A DNA stretch of 64,000 nucleotides from assembly GCA_038078835.1 (NCBI GenBank), contig JBBTQI010000005.1, positions 43,901-107,900 of the forward strand, given 5' to 3'. Below, one piece after another: positions 15,942-25,484 of the stretch. Source of the DNA: Patescibacteria group bacterium. Lineage in GTDB: Bacteria; Patescibacteriota; UBA1384; XYA2-FULL-43-10; 1-14-0-10-43-13. A model generated the notes under the pieces. The model did no database searches. It was not told the origin of the DNA and was given only the letters and a program-made list of their open reading frames with translations. Each line of letters opens with the position of its first letter. The stretch's first letter is position 1. Position numbers and translations under genes: made by a program.

Positions 15942-18017
15942 CTACATTCCCAGGATGTCGTTGGCGGCGCCGAGAACTTCGAGTTGGCCGCTAATAAGGC
16001 GGCGATACTTGACGTAAGTTCCGGCAATACCGGCCATCATCGTTGCCAGAAAGCTGGCCCCGGCGGCGGCGCCGCTTGGCGGCAAAACGGGTGTCGGCGG
16101 AGCAGGCGGCGCCAACGCGGCCTTAACTTTAGTTTTGGCAATACTGGTCAGCGTGATCTTGTCAAAAGTCAGGGTGACAGTGTTAACCAGGACTTCGTCG
16201 GGGGCTAGAGTGGGAGCAAGAACAGCTCGAAACTTAATGTAGCCCGACTCATCCGGCCCAATCATATCCAGCTTAAAGCCGACACCGGTAATACCGTTGA
16301 TAATGGTCTTCTCCGCGCCGCCGGCAATCGACAAAACGGTTGTGCCCTCAAGGTATTGAACATTTGGCGGCAGAGTGTCGACAAACTTGACGAGATCGGC
16401 AAAAGCATTGCCCCTGTTGCTAAAATCAATCTTATATTCCAGAATATCACCGGGGAAAGCCTCGTTCTCTTTAGCAAAATCACTTTGGCTCGCCGTCACA
16501 TTCCGAACCGTTTTATCCAGCGCCAGCTCAACTTTCTTGGCCGGCCGCACCAGTGTGATCAGAATCTCGTCGCCGTATTTGTTGTAGAGCTTGTCGTCGA
16601 AGCTAAAACCGCGCGCCGGGTTAGCCGGCAGAGGATCCTTAACTTTAACGGTAAATTTCCGCTCGATTGTCGCGCCGGGATCTAACGTCACGGTCGGATA
16701 TTTGACCGCTCCGCCAGCGACCGTACCGCCATCCGAAACAGATACAACATTGGCATATTCCAGAATATCGGCAATATTATCTTCGACTTGATATTCCAGC
16801 GGCGCAACGCCGTTATTTTTGGTAATCAGCGCATATTCAATCTCATCACCGGCCTTGGCCGTTGCCGTAGAGACGTTCCCGTCTCGAGGCGCCGCCTGCT
16901 CACCCGAAGTCAAATTCACAGCCCGTTTGTGCTGTTCAACATTTGCCGCCGCCGGCAAAATCTTAACCTGCGCCGTGTCGGTAAGCGTAATCGCACCGGC
17001 AATCAGCTGGGCCGTATTGGTAACGATCGTCGGGGCGGAGACGTTGGCGACAACTTTGGCTTGAAAGCGAAGAGAGTGGGTCTCGCCGGGATTTAAGGGA
17101 TGCCCCATCGGCCAGCCGCCCCAAAAAAACTGGCCGGCATTCGGATCGTCGGGCAATGGCGTAACCGTTGTGCCGGCAATATGAGCCAGCGTACCGGGAA
17201 CGTATTGAAGTTCCGGCGGCAGAAGATCGCTCAGCAGAATATTATCAACCGGAGCCGAGCCGGGGTTAGTCGCAGCCACATCGAACTCGACAACCTCGCC
17301 AAAGAGGGCGGCAGTGAGCTCGGAGAAATTTGTCTCTGCCTTGACGGGAGCAATATTGCGAACGGTCTTGTTGAGATCGAGATTAATCGCCTGCGGCATC
17401 GCCCTAAACTTAAAGGTGATAAAACCGGCAAAGTCCCAACAGCCATTGATATCACCAATGTTAGCGGAAAAACCATCAAGAGTTGGCGCGACTATAATCG
17501 GCTGGGGATTAGTCGAACCCAAATCGGTTGAATTAGGAAACCAGTTTACGGAGTTAAGATCAAGACCAATATCGGCATTTGCGTTTAGCGCCACCGTCAA
17601 GCCCGGCCGGCCGACAACGGTACCGTCAGGCAGAATTGTATCAGTAACGGTCTCCGCGTTATCGGCCGAAATTGCCGCCTCAAAGAAAGCGACTTTGTTT
17701 GTCGTCTGCTTTGGCGCCGCCACGGTGATAGTGGTGTTGCGGGCCACCGTGCCCTCAATAATATTATGATAATAGATGACACCAAGAAACTCATCGCCGA
17801 CAGTGCCAACTACCGGATCGCGCGGCACAACTTGCGGCGGCACGGCCGAGATGTTGCGGCCAGTAAAGAGCTCGTGATCGCCAACAAGGCCGTTAAAGCG
17901 CGGTGTGTCAGCCCGGCTTGAAAGTGCCGGCCAGACCGCAAGAGAGAGAAGCGACAACAGTACAGAGGCGCCAACAATCTTTTTTAGCTTTGTCGCAAGA
18001 TATTGACCGTAACTCAT
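15942..18017 (-). CDS. Large surface protein with DUF11-type conserved repeat domains, signal peptide and LPXTG-like C-terminal sorting signal (LPPSG + hydrophobic + KYRR)
   Basis: 691 aa; LDKTVRN... repeat starts; C-terminus ...VLPPSGAAAGASFLATMMAGIAGTYVKYRRL... Confidence 0.7.
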   Translation of the reverse strand: MSYGQYLATKLKKIVGASVLLSLLSLAVWPALSSRADTPRFNGLVGDHELFTGRNISAVPPQVVPRDPVVGTVGDEFLGVIYYHNIIEGTVARNTTITVAAPKQTTNKVAFFEAAISADNAETVTDTILPDGTVVGRPGLTVALNANADIGLDLNSVNWFPNSTDLGSTNPQPIIVAPTLDGFSANIGDINGCWDFAGFITFKFRAMPQAINLDLNKTVRNIAPVKAETNFSELTAALFGEVVEFDVAATNPGSAPVDNILLSDLLPPELQYVPGTLAHIAGTTVTPLPDDPNAGQFFWGGWPMGHPLNPGETHSLRFQAKVVANVSAPTIVTNTAQLIAGAITLTDTAQVKILPAAANVEQHKRAVNLTSGEQAAPRDGNVSTATAKAGDEIEYALITKNNGVAPLEYQVEDNIADILEYANVVSVSDGGTVAGGAVKYPTVTLDPGATIERKFTVKVKDPLPANPARGFSFDDKLYNKYGDEILITLVRPAKKVELALDKTVRNVTASQSDFAKENEAFPGDILEYKIDFSNRGNAFADLVKFVDTLPPNVQYLEGTTVLSIAGGAEKTIINGITGVGFKLDMIGPDESGYIKFRAVLAPTLAPDEVLVNTVTLTFDKITLTSIAKTKVKAALAPPAPPTPVLPPSGAAAGASFLATMMAGIAGTYVKYRRLISGQLEVLGAANDILGM

Positions 18018-18033
18018 CTTACCTCACGTAGTA

Positions 18034-19593
18034 TTAATTAATGATATCGGGAAAAGCTGGAAGCGGCACAATAACCGAAATCGCCGCACTGCTCGAAATC
18101 GGTGCGATTCCCTGGGCGCTGGCGTAAGCGGTGTTAATTAGCTCCTCGCCATTATTGGGACAGCCGATAATCTTAACTTGAAGGGTAATATCGGCGCTGG
18201 TGCCGACCGGAATGGTGCCCAAGGCCAAACCGGCGGGGGTAAAGATATCGTCTCCACTGGGAACAATCTGGCCGCCAAGACGAACGCTGCCGAGCCCCGG
18301 AATAGTGTTTTTGGGGATAATATCGCGCACGACCAGACCGGGCAGATCGGCACTGCCGGTGTTGGCAATGGTGATTTTATAGGTAACAATATCATTTAGC
18401 CGGAAAGTCGGTCCGCCGATAACCGTCTTATCGATCTTTAAGTTCGGCACCCCGACAAAAACATGAATGGTCGCCTGATCGCGATCCTGTTCGATATTGT
18501 TCACATAAAGGATGGCCAGATTAACCAAGTGAGACCAGCCCGCCGGAAAGCTCGGGGATAACTTAACCCGGTAGGTAATCGTCAAGAGGCCAGCCGGTCC
18601 GGGTAGAACATCGGGCAGAGCCAGGCCGCCGGTAAATATAGTCTCGCCGCCGCCAAGCAGATTGCCATTAATATCTTTGATTTGCAGCGAACCGGGAACA
18701 TAAGCCGAGAGCGGCGGCAGATGGTCAACGACCGCAACATTTGTCGCCACGGTCTGGCCGTCATTGCGAACCCGAAGCCGGTAGATTGCCTCCCCGCCCG
18801 GAGCAGCCTCTGTTTCTTTGAGTGAAAAATCGGGATTGGCCGCGGCCGGCGAAACAAATTTATCCATCACCAGCTGGGCCGGCGCCAGAACCTTTACTTT
18901 AAAGTAAACAAAACCGGAGTACTGCCAGCAGCCGGCAATATCACCAATGCTGATGCCGTAAGAGTTGGTGGCGATGCCGTCGGGCAGGTCGGAAATAATC
19001 AAATTATCAAGATTGTTCAGATCACGGGTCATAAGTTTGGTGGAACCCGGCATGTACTCAACCCGGGCCGGCGTATTTAAATTAATCGTACCGCCGGAGA
19101 GACCAATGGTGCCCAATCCGGGCACGACGGTGTCGGTAATATAGGGAGTCTCCTGCGACCAGAGATAGCTGGCGGCGACAATCTGATTGGAAACGCCGGA
19201 GGGAATGTCGACGCGAACCGAGGTCTGGTGAGCAACCGTGCCGGGGACACCGTTATGAAAATAAAGCAAAAAAGCAACTTCGTCACCGATATCGGCCGAG
19301 ACCGGATCAACCCAGTCCGTCCGCTTGGTCACGTTGCTCACCCGCAGCATCTCCAGATCGCCCTGGTTGGAACCATCGGGCGCCGGACCAAGGAAGTTAA
19401 AACGAGGACTTGTTCCCAGGCTGGGGGCACTCTGAGTGTTGGCCTGAACACCCTGATCAATCGAGCGCGGTGCGGCAACAGCCAGTAAGAGGGCCGAAAT
19501 TGCCACCGAACCCAAAATGATCCGCTTGACCTTCGTCCAGAGAATCAGTGATTCGATTGAGGGTCGCTTTCGTTTAAATATTCGACTAAGCAT
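18034..19593 (-). CDS. DUF11-repeat surface protein, paralog of the upstream gene
   Basis: 519 aa; signal peptide; shared blocks (IAGCWQYSGFVYFKVKV versus INGCWDFAGFITFKFRA). Confidence 0.7.
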   Translation of the reverse strand: MLSRIFKRKRPSIESLILWTKVKRIILGSVAISALLLAVAAPRSIDQGVQANTQSAPSLGTSPRFNFLGPAPDGSNQGDLEMLRVSNVTKRTDWVDPVSADIGDEVAFLLYFHNGVPGTVAHQTSVRVDIPSGVSNQIVAASYLWSQETPYITDTVVPGLGTIGLSGGTINLNTPARVEYMPGSTKLMTRDLNNLDNLIISDLPDGIATNSYGISIGDIAGCWQYSGFVYFKVKVLAPAQLVMDKFVSPAAANPDFSLKETEAAPGGEAIYRLRVRNDGQTVATNVAVVDHLPPLSAYVPGSLQIKDINGNLLGGGETIFTGGLALPDVLPGPAGLLTITYRVKLSPSFPAGWSHLVNLAILYVNNIEQDRDQATIHVFVGVPNLKIDKTVIGGPTFRLNDIVTYKITIANTGSADLPGLVVRDIIPKNTIPGLGSVRLGGQIVPSGDDIFTPAGLALGTIPVGTSADITLQVKIIGCPNNGEELINTAYASAQGIAPISSSAAISVIVPLPAFPDIIN

Positions 19594-19745
19594 TCTATCC
19601 TTTCCTTGGCGCCAATGGTGTTTGTGCTTTGGCGCTCTAAATTATCATAAGCAAGTAATAATTGTAAAGCGAGAACTCCATATTTTATTCGCTCTATAAT
19701 TTAATTCTATTCCCAAGCAATAATTTTTCAATTATTACTGCTGTC

Positions 19746-19855
19746 GTGCAGTTGTCATCCTCAACCTGATTCAGAAATCACTGTATGGATCCTACATCCC
19801 ATTCGACTGCGCTCAGGGTCTGAGTGAAATCGAAGACAAGTGCGGGATGACAGAG
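19746..19855. repeat. Extended/split H1-family element (gtgcagttgtcatcc ... about 75 nt ... aagtgcgggatgacagag)
   Basis: Termini match the compact copy at 42552..42580; internal tggatcctacatcc also matches the family consensus. Confidence 0.4.
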
Positions 19856-19898
19856 AAGGAGAATGACACAACGTGGGTAATTATTGCCTCGGAATAGT

Positions 19899-19930
19899 CC
19901 AGCACCACTCGCCGCAGCGAGTGGTGCTGG
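19899..19930. other. Perfect 14-bp stem / tetraloop hairpin (ccagcaccactcgc-cgca-gcgagtggtgctgg) 28 nt downstream of the GC-island-2 gene; no U-tract
   Basis: Perfect inverted repeat seen directly. Confidence 0.5.
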
Positions 19931-19957
19931 GAAACGGATCTTCCCTCCTTTCTCCTA

Positions 19958-20752
19958 TTACTGGATGCCGCCGTTGAGGTTGCTCGGCGGCGGCAGAGGC
20001 GGAGCAGTTGGTCCGTCATAACCTGGTAGGGTGGTGCCGCCTACACCACTCCAACTACCCGGCACGTTCAGCGCCGGATCCCAGGACAGCGGCGGCGGCC
20101 CGATCCCGGACTTAAACGTCCCCGCTTGCTTGGGATTGATGATCTTCGTCTGGGACGGCACCCGCCGTCCCAGAATAGCCGCCGTCCGGATGAGCGGACG
20201 GGTTGTGACCGTCCGCGTTCCGACAGCCACGGTTCGAGCTGGGGCAGAGGGCTTCCAACCAACCATCGGCACCCGAGCGCGTTCCTGCGGCGATATCACC
20301 GTCACCTGTGCCGGCGGCGCAGTGACATTCACTACCGGTGCTGGACAGGGTTGTAGCGACGGCGCTGGAGCGGGTTGAACTCCCGGCGTCAGCGTAGCCG
20401 ACACCGAGAGAAACGTCTCTGCCTTCTTGGTCTCGCCCCAGCAGCCCCAAGAGGGGTTGCCGCAGTCGAGCCGGCGGACGATGCTGTACTTGCCGGCGGC
20501 GCAGGTGTACTCCACCCACGTTCCGGCCAAGTGCACGGCGTTGTGTGGTTTGGGCCGACCCCTCTCCCAGCGCCAAACTCCACCGACAACCGCCGCCGGC
20601 AGGCGGCCGTAGAAGTGGCCGGCCGGGGGCTGCCGCGCCGGCCCTGACCAACCCGGCCAGGGATCCCAGCAATAGATGGCGGCATCGGGCAGGGCCGCTT
20701 GTGCCACCCCACCGATGCCGACGATTAACGCCGCAAGCACTATCACTCTCAC
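19958..20752 (-). CDS. Secreted Cys- and Pro-rich hypothetical protein (GC-rich island 2), GTG start
   Basis: Track ORF trimmed to GTG (VRVIVLAALIVGIGGVAQA signal peptide) preceded by AAGGAGGTGGG; about 65% GC. Confidence 0.5.
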   Translation of the reverse strand: MRVIVLAALIVGIGGVAQAALPDAAIYCWDPWPGWSGPARQPPAGHFYGRLPAAVVGGVWRWERGRPKPHNAVHLAGTWVEYTCAAGKYSIVRRLDCGNPSWGCWGETKKAETFLSVSATLTPGVQPAPAPSLQPCPAPVVNVTAPPAQVTVISPQERARVPMVGWKPSAPARTVAVGTRTVTTRPLIRTAAILGRRVPSQTKIINPKQAGTFKSGIGPPPLSWDPALNVPGSWSGVGGTTLPGYDGPTAPPLPPPSNLNGGIQ

Positions 20753-20763
20753 TGCCCACCTCC

Positions 20764-22110
20764 TTATCGCCCAACCCAACCTGTGGCCGTGATGGTCAGG
20801 GTTGGCGTCGGGCTTGATGCTGAAAGCTCGAACCAGCCGGAACAGGTCCGGCCGGTGCCGACGATGGAGTGCCGCCACTTGTACTTGCCTGGCGGCAGTT
20901 CGATTGGCGGCGCGTTGGGATTGGCACAGGAGCGCGCCGGACAGACCGGCTGACCCATCACGCTCAGGATCTCGATCGTCTGCACCGACAGGGCGCAGTT
21001 CATCTGGTTAATGATCCTGATTGTAAGGCGGATACTCCCGGTCGGAACGTTTGGCACATCCGATGACGGCTGGCCGGCCTCGACCCGAGACACTCTAGTC
21101 TTGAGGTTGGCAATGTCGCCCTCAACCTGCTCCAACCTGGTGCCGATGCCGTCGACCTTGACGTTCAACGCACCAAACCCGTTCTGTATCTGCTGGGAGA
21201 GATCTCCCGCCGGCAGATGGTCGGCCGGATGGGCGGACGCGCCTTCCGGTAATGGCAGCTCGGTTAGCCCGGCTGTTGCTGTTCCCTCAGCAAGCAACGC
21301 CTCGAGGCGTTGCGCTTCCTGCTCCTGCGTCATGAAGCCGCCCCGGGCAAACTTGGCATTACTGAGGTGTTCTCGCATGGCCGACGTAACGGCCACTCTC
21401 CATGCCTGCTTCCAGAGCCTAAACCTCGGGTCACAGTCAGCCTGGTCCTCGTCGATCAAGTACGGGTCGGTCAGGCCGGGCGGGAGCGGACAGATACCGC
21501 TAATGTATCGCTTACTGCTCGCGGTTTGGTCGATCACGTCAAACCCGGACCCGCTGACGTTGGCCGTCCTTCCCCGGTCAACGAAACGAAACAGTAACAG
21601 GTATCTCCTTTCTCTCCGCACGACCGAGAAAGACCGGACCAGGAAGTCACAGTTGACGCCGGCTGTGATCGACTCGGTTTCGATCACATACCGGTTTCGG
21701 TCAATCTTCTGCCACTTGTCGTCAGCGGATGCTCCGCGGATCACGACCTCCGGCCGGGTATCAACGACATCACCCCTCGAGTTAACGATGGTGAGGTCGG
21801 CCCGCAGATAGCGGAACATTGGCCAGAAGACAGGGTCATACTTGATGACCGTGATCGCCCCCGGGTCCCACAGCACATCGGCACCATCTCCGACCGCGGA
21901 ACGGCTCGCGCTTAACTTGACGGCGATGCCGAAAGTCTCGGCAGTGACCTTCTCTCTCGCGATCAGCTTACTGACCTCTTCGCTCTCGACAACCAGTTCA
22001 GTGGTGCCGAGAAAACGAGCCTGCACGGGCATGATGCTGACCGGCACTACGAGGGCCGTCAGCACCAACACAGAAAGCCAGATGGCTCTTGTGCCTCTCA
22101 TTTTACCCAT
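20764..22110 (-). CDS. Secreted hypothetical protein, 448 aa (GC-rich island 2)
   Basis: Signal peptide MRGTRAIWLSVLVLTALVVPVSIMPVQA; about 65% GC. Confidence 0.55.
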   Translation of the reverse strand: MGKMRGTRAIWLSVLVLTALVVPVSIMPVQARFLGTTELVVESEEVSKLIAREKVTAETFGIAVKLSASRSAVGDGADVLWDPGAITVIKYDPVFWPMFRYLRADLTIVNSRGDVVDTRPEVVIRGASADDKWQKIDRNRYVIETESITAGVNCDFLVRSFSVVRRERRYLLLFRFVDRGRTANVSGSGFDVIDQTASSKRYISGICPLPPGLTDPYLIDEDQADCDPRFRLWKQAWRVAVTSAMREHLSNAKFARGGFMTQEQEAQRLEALLAEGTATAGLTELPLPEGASAHPADHLPAGDLSQQIQNGFGALNVKVDGIGTRLEQVEGDIANLKTRVSRVEAGQPSSDVPNVPTGSIRLTIRIINQMNCALSVQTIEILSVMGQPVCPARSCANPNAPPIELPPGKYKWRHSIVGTGRTCSGWFELSASSPTPTLTITATGWVGR

Positions 22111-22198
22111 CCCTCCCTTCCCCTTGCGGGGCGAATATCACGCCTGAAACCTCGCCCCGCTGGGGATAGGGCGGATCGAGCGTGAAATATCTTCTGCC

Positions 22199-22236
22199 CA
22201 CCTGGAAGATGAATGTGACCAAACATCTTCCAGGTG
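22199..22236. other. 13-bp stem hairpin (cacctggaagatg-13 nt-catcttccaggtg) in the 5' region of island 2; a second hairpin gcggggcga/tcgccccgc lies at 22126-22160
   Basis: Inverted repeats seen directly. Confidence 0.45.
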
Positions 22237-22699
22237 AGATTCATATGTAAGGTACCCCCGCCAAACCTGACCCCAGATCGGCCGGGCGGGAGAATTCGCT
22301 TTGGCAAGCGACGGGTACCCTCGCACTTCATCCCCCGCCAAAGATAATTAGGACAGAGCAAGTAAATTTATTTCATTATGATAAGCTTGTCAAGCTGTCA
22401 CTGATCTGCCGGAAACAGATAGCAGGTACCCCGGATGATCAGACAGAGAATTTATGATGGCAGGTGCAGTAAAAAACAGTACACCCGGCCTTTGGCTTGA
22501 TTTTGACCTTTGACATTTGAGATTTGCGATAACACCTGCTATTATGCTTTGCCGCCCTTTAATTCAGCCAGGAAGATGGCGAGGAATAATAGAGGCCGGC
22601 TAGGCCAAGCCCAGGCAATTTGTGGGGCTATCAATGCCAACCGACCCGTAAAACCTATCATCCTAATTTCCCAGTCTTCCCAGCCGAGTTAGAAAACGG

Positions 22700-22795
22700 C
22701 AAGAACCTTATAATTTAGCAAGTTAGCATTTTAGCAATTTAGCTAACTAGCTAGCGTGCTAATCTGCTAGCAAGCTACTTGTATCTTGGTTGTTG
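22700..22795. repeat. TAGC-rich module, looser copy (gcaagttagc...tagctagcgtgctaa...gctagcaagc)
   Basis: Shares vocabulary with the rplL/rpmG upstream modules. Confidence 0.35.
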
Positions 22796-22898
22796 AAATG
22801 GTCCTGGCAGTAAAAAAACAAAAGACGAACCACCTGTTGTGGGCTATTTCTGAGTCCTCTCCCGCCACTCTCAAAAACAAAGCTACCTTAGCATTAAT

Positions 22899-24272
22899 TT
22901 AGATTTTTGTCAATAAGTAGCCCGTTTTTTTGTCCTCGATCCGCCACCCCTTCCCTTCGAGTTCTTGGCGGATTTTATCAGATAGAGCATAGTCTTTTTG
23001 CCGGCGAGCCTCTTCTCTCTTGGCGGCTAATTTTTTGATCTCGGGCGGGATGGCAAGTTCTTCTTTTTCTCCTAATTTGAGCCCTAAAACCTCATCCATT
23101 TTTTGCGCCGTCGCAGTCCTAATTTCGGCCGAAACGGATTCGTCTCGCGCCATCTCCCAAAGAGTCGCCAGCCCGCCGGGCGTGTCCAGGTCGTCTGAGA
23201 TACGATCGTAAAATTTATTGAGGTAATCCTGGTTAACCTCTGCGCCACCACCTCGGAGGTGTTTAGGCACATTCACCTCCGAGGTGATCTCCGGCATCAA
23301 CCGATTCAACCGCTCGCGGGCATTTTTGGCCGCTTCGAGACCAGCCCAGGTAAAGTTCAGCTTGGTTCGATAGTGCGCTCCAAGCACGAGATAGCGAAAA
23401 TCCAGCGGCGAAAAGCCGCGCTCCGTCAAATCCTTAAGATTATAGACATTGCCCAAACTTTTGGCCATCTTCTGGCTGTCAACCAATAAATGTTCGCCAT
23501 GGACCCAAAAACGGACAAAGTCTTTGCTGCTCAGCGCCTCCGATTGAGCAATTTCATTTTCGTGATGAGGAAAGATCAGATCAACCGCGCCGGTGTGAAT
23601 ATCAATCGTCTGACCCAGAGTCTCCCCGGCCATAACAGAACACTCAATGTGCCAACCGGGCCGGCCCCGGCCAATCTTTGTCTCCCAATAAATATCGCCG
23701 TCATCTTTATCCCAAGCCTTCCAGAGAACAAAGTCGGCGGGGTTTTCCTTGGTATATTCATCCTGGCTAACACGCGCCCCCGCCCTAATCCCGGCCCGAT
23801 CCAGTTTGGCAAGCTTGCCGTAATCCTTGAACTTATCAATAGAGAAGTAAACAGAACCGTCTTCGCCCCGATAAGCAAAACCGCGCCGCAGAAGTTCAGC
23901 AACAAAGTCAGCCATCCTCTCAACATACGCTGTTGCCCGGGTAACGAGATCGGGGAGGAGAATATTAAGCGCGGAGAGATCCTCAAAAAAAATCTTCTCA
24001 TAGCGCCGGGTGAGCTCCCGCAGCCTGGTCTTGTCGCCGCCGCTCTTTTTAATCGTCTTGTCATCAACGTCGGTCACATTCATAACGTGCTTAACGCGAA
24101 AATCGTTAGCCAAGAGGGTTCGCTTCAAGACATCATTAAAAAGATAGGTCCTAAGGTTCCCGATATGGGCAACATCGTAGACGGTCGGGCCGCAGCTGTA
24201 TAAGGTGGCAAGGCGATTATGGAGCGGCGCAAACTCCTCCAAGCGATTGGTCAGGGTGTTGTAAAACTTCAT
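22899..24272 (-). CDS. cysS: Cysteinyl-tRNA synthetase
   Basis: HIGN and KMAKSLGN class I motifs; CysS-like throughout. Confidence 0.9.
   Translation of the reverse strand: MKFYNTLTNRLEEFAPLHNRLATLYSCGPTVYDVAHIGNLRTYLFNDVLKRTLLANDFRVKHVMNVTDVDDKTIKKSGGDKTRLRELTRRYEKIFFEDLSALNILLPDLVTRATAYVERMADFVAELLRRGFAYRGEDGSVYFSIDKFKDYGKLAKLDRAGIRAGARVSQDEYTKENPADFVLWKAWDKDDGDIYWETKIGRGRPGWHIECSVMAGETLGQTIDIHTGAVDLIFPHHENEIAQSEALSSKDFVRFWVHGEHLLVDSQKMAKSLGNVYNLKDLTERGFSPLDFRYLVLGAHYRTKLNFTWAGLEAAKNARERLNRLMPEITSEVNVPKHLRGGGAEVNQDYLNKFYDRISDDLDTPGGLATLWEMARDESVSAEIRTATAQKMDEVLGLKLGEKEELAIPPEIKKLAAKREEARRQKDYALSDKIRQELEGKGWRIEDKKTGYLLTKI
23249..23286. repeat. 38-nt palindromic element embedded in-frame in cysS (13-bp perfect arms cacctcggaggtg/cacctccgaggtg, loop tttaggcacatt), encoding TSEVNVPKHLRGG
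   Basis: Perfect 13-bp inverted repeat; homolog of intergenic copy at 15898..15935. Confidence 0.6.
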
Positions 24273-24290
24273 ATCTAGAACTTAACAGGA

Positions 24291-24602
24291 TTAGACCGTG
24301 GCGGCAAGGTTTTCATCCTCCAACCCGAAGCTCTCCATCTCAAAGGAGTCAATGAGGTCAAGATCGTCGTCATCCAAATCATCAAACTTTTTAAAGAGAC
24401 GCTTCCCCGACCGAGACCGCGGCAGACTCCCCGCTTCATCCTCTCCCTCGTCATCCAAATCATCAGCCGAATCATCATCGCTCGCCGCCTCGATAATGCC
24501 TCTGTCCAGAGCCGGATAACCGCAAATCTCGCAAACCGGCCCGGGCGCATCGATCCCGCAATTCTCGCAAAAGTACTGTTCCATCTCTTCTTTCTCCGTC
24601 AC
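24291..24602 (-). CDS. Small acidic zinc-ribbon protein (CxxC...CxxC)
   Basis: 103 aa; AAGGAGG RBS; promoter TTGACA-17-ATAAAAT with AT-rich TGGGATTT repeats upstream. Confidence 0.5.
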   Translation of the reverse strand: MTEKEEMEQYFCENCGIDAPGPVCEICGYPALDRGIIEAASDDDSADDLDDEGEDEAGSLPRSRSGKRLFKKFDDLDDDDLDLIDSFEMESFGLEDENLAATV

Positions 24603-24823
24603 ACTCCTCCTTTTTTAGCTTTTGTTTTTGGCAATCCCTCAGATTTTATCCAGCAGCGCTTGCATATGTCAAGAAGAAGTTATCCACCACCAAAAATATC
24701 AAAAATCAAGCATCAAATCACAAATAAGTTCCAAATTACAAATACCGGATAATAAGCGTTTAAAGATTGATTATTGGAAACTGGGATTTATTTGGGATTT
24801 GTTATTTGGATTTTGGAATTTAC

Positions 24824-25426
24824 CTAGTATTCTCTTCTTCCCTCGAGCGATCTTTTGATCGTCACCTCGTCGGCATACTCCAGATCGCCGCCGACCGGTA
24901 AACCGCGAGCAATGCGTGTTGTCTTGATGTTTATTGCGGCGGAACGCATCTTGTCCCGGATGTAGGCGGCCGTGGCCTCGCCCTCAAAGTCAGGATCGGT
25001 CGCCAGGACAACCTCGCTGATACCGTCGCCATGGAGGCGATCAAGCAACTGGTTAATGCGCAACTGTTCCGGTCCAATGCCCTCAATCGGCGAGATTGCT
25101 CCACCCAACACGTGGTAGAGGCCGGTAAAGCCGCCGGCTCTCTCCAGGGCGATAACATCAAGCGGCTCCTCAACCACTGCCAGGAGGTGGCGATCACGCC
25201 GCTCGTCGGAGCAGATCGGGCACACCTCCGCCTCGGCAATGTTAAAACAGTGCCGGCAGAATTTAAGGTTCTCTCGCAAACCAAGAACTGCCCGGCCCAA
25301 GCTTGCAATATCATCCTTGGGCTTGGTCAGCAAATAAAAAACCAGCCGGGCGGCTGTTTTGGGTCCGATTCCCGGAAACCTGGAGAATTCATCAATTAAA
25401 TTTTGAACCGCTTTGGGTAGCATCAC
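24824..25426 (-). CDS. recR: Recombination protein RecR
   Basis: HhH N-terminus, C4 zinc finger, Toprim. Confidence 0.9.
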   Translation of the reverse strand: MMLPKAVQNLIDEFSRFPGIGPKTAARLVFYLLTKPKDDIASLGRAVLGLRENLKFCRHCFNIAEAEVCPICSDERRDRHLLAVVEEPLDVIALERAGGFTGLYHVLGGAISPIEGIGPEQLRINQLLDRLHGDGISEVVLATDPDFEGEATAAYIRDKMRSAAINIKTTRIARGLPVGGDLEYADEVTIKRSLEGRREY

Positions 25427-25435
25427 TTAAGTACT

Positions 25436-25484
25436 AAGTGTGAAAGAAATTCCTTATTAACTCAGTACTTGGAACTTTCACACT
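25436..25484. repeat. AAGTGTGAAAG...CTTTCACACT hairpin, copy 1 (topA-recR spacer)
   Basis: 10-11 bp terminal inverted repeats; second copy at 60324..60404. Confidence 0.45.

Noticed and set aside
22098-22361. 87-aa ORF in the island-2 upstream region
   Set aside because: No RBS and improbable composition; the region is dominated by strong hairpins and is more likely a 5' UTR or regulatory region.
6186-24671. Replication origin suggested by DnaA box TTATCCACA (6186) and TTATCCACC (24663)
   Set aside because: Single isolated boxes, no cluster, no dnaA/dnaN nearby; one perfect 9-mer in 64 kb is within chance expectation.
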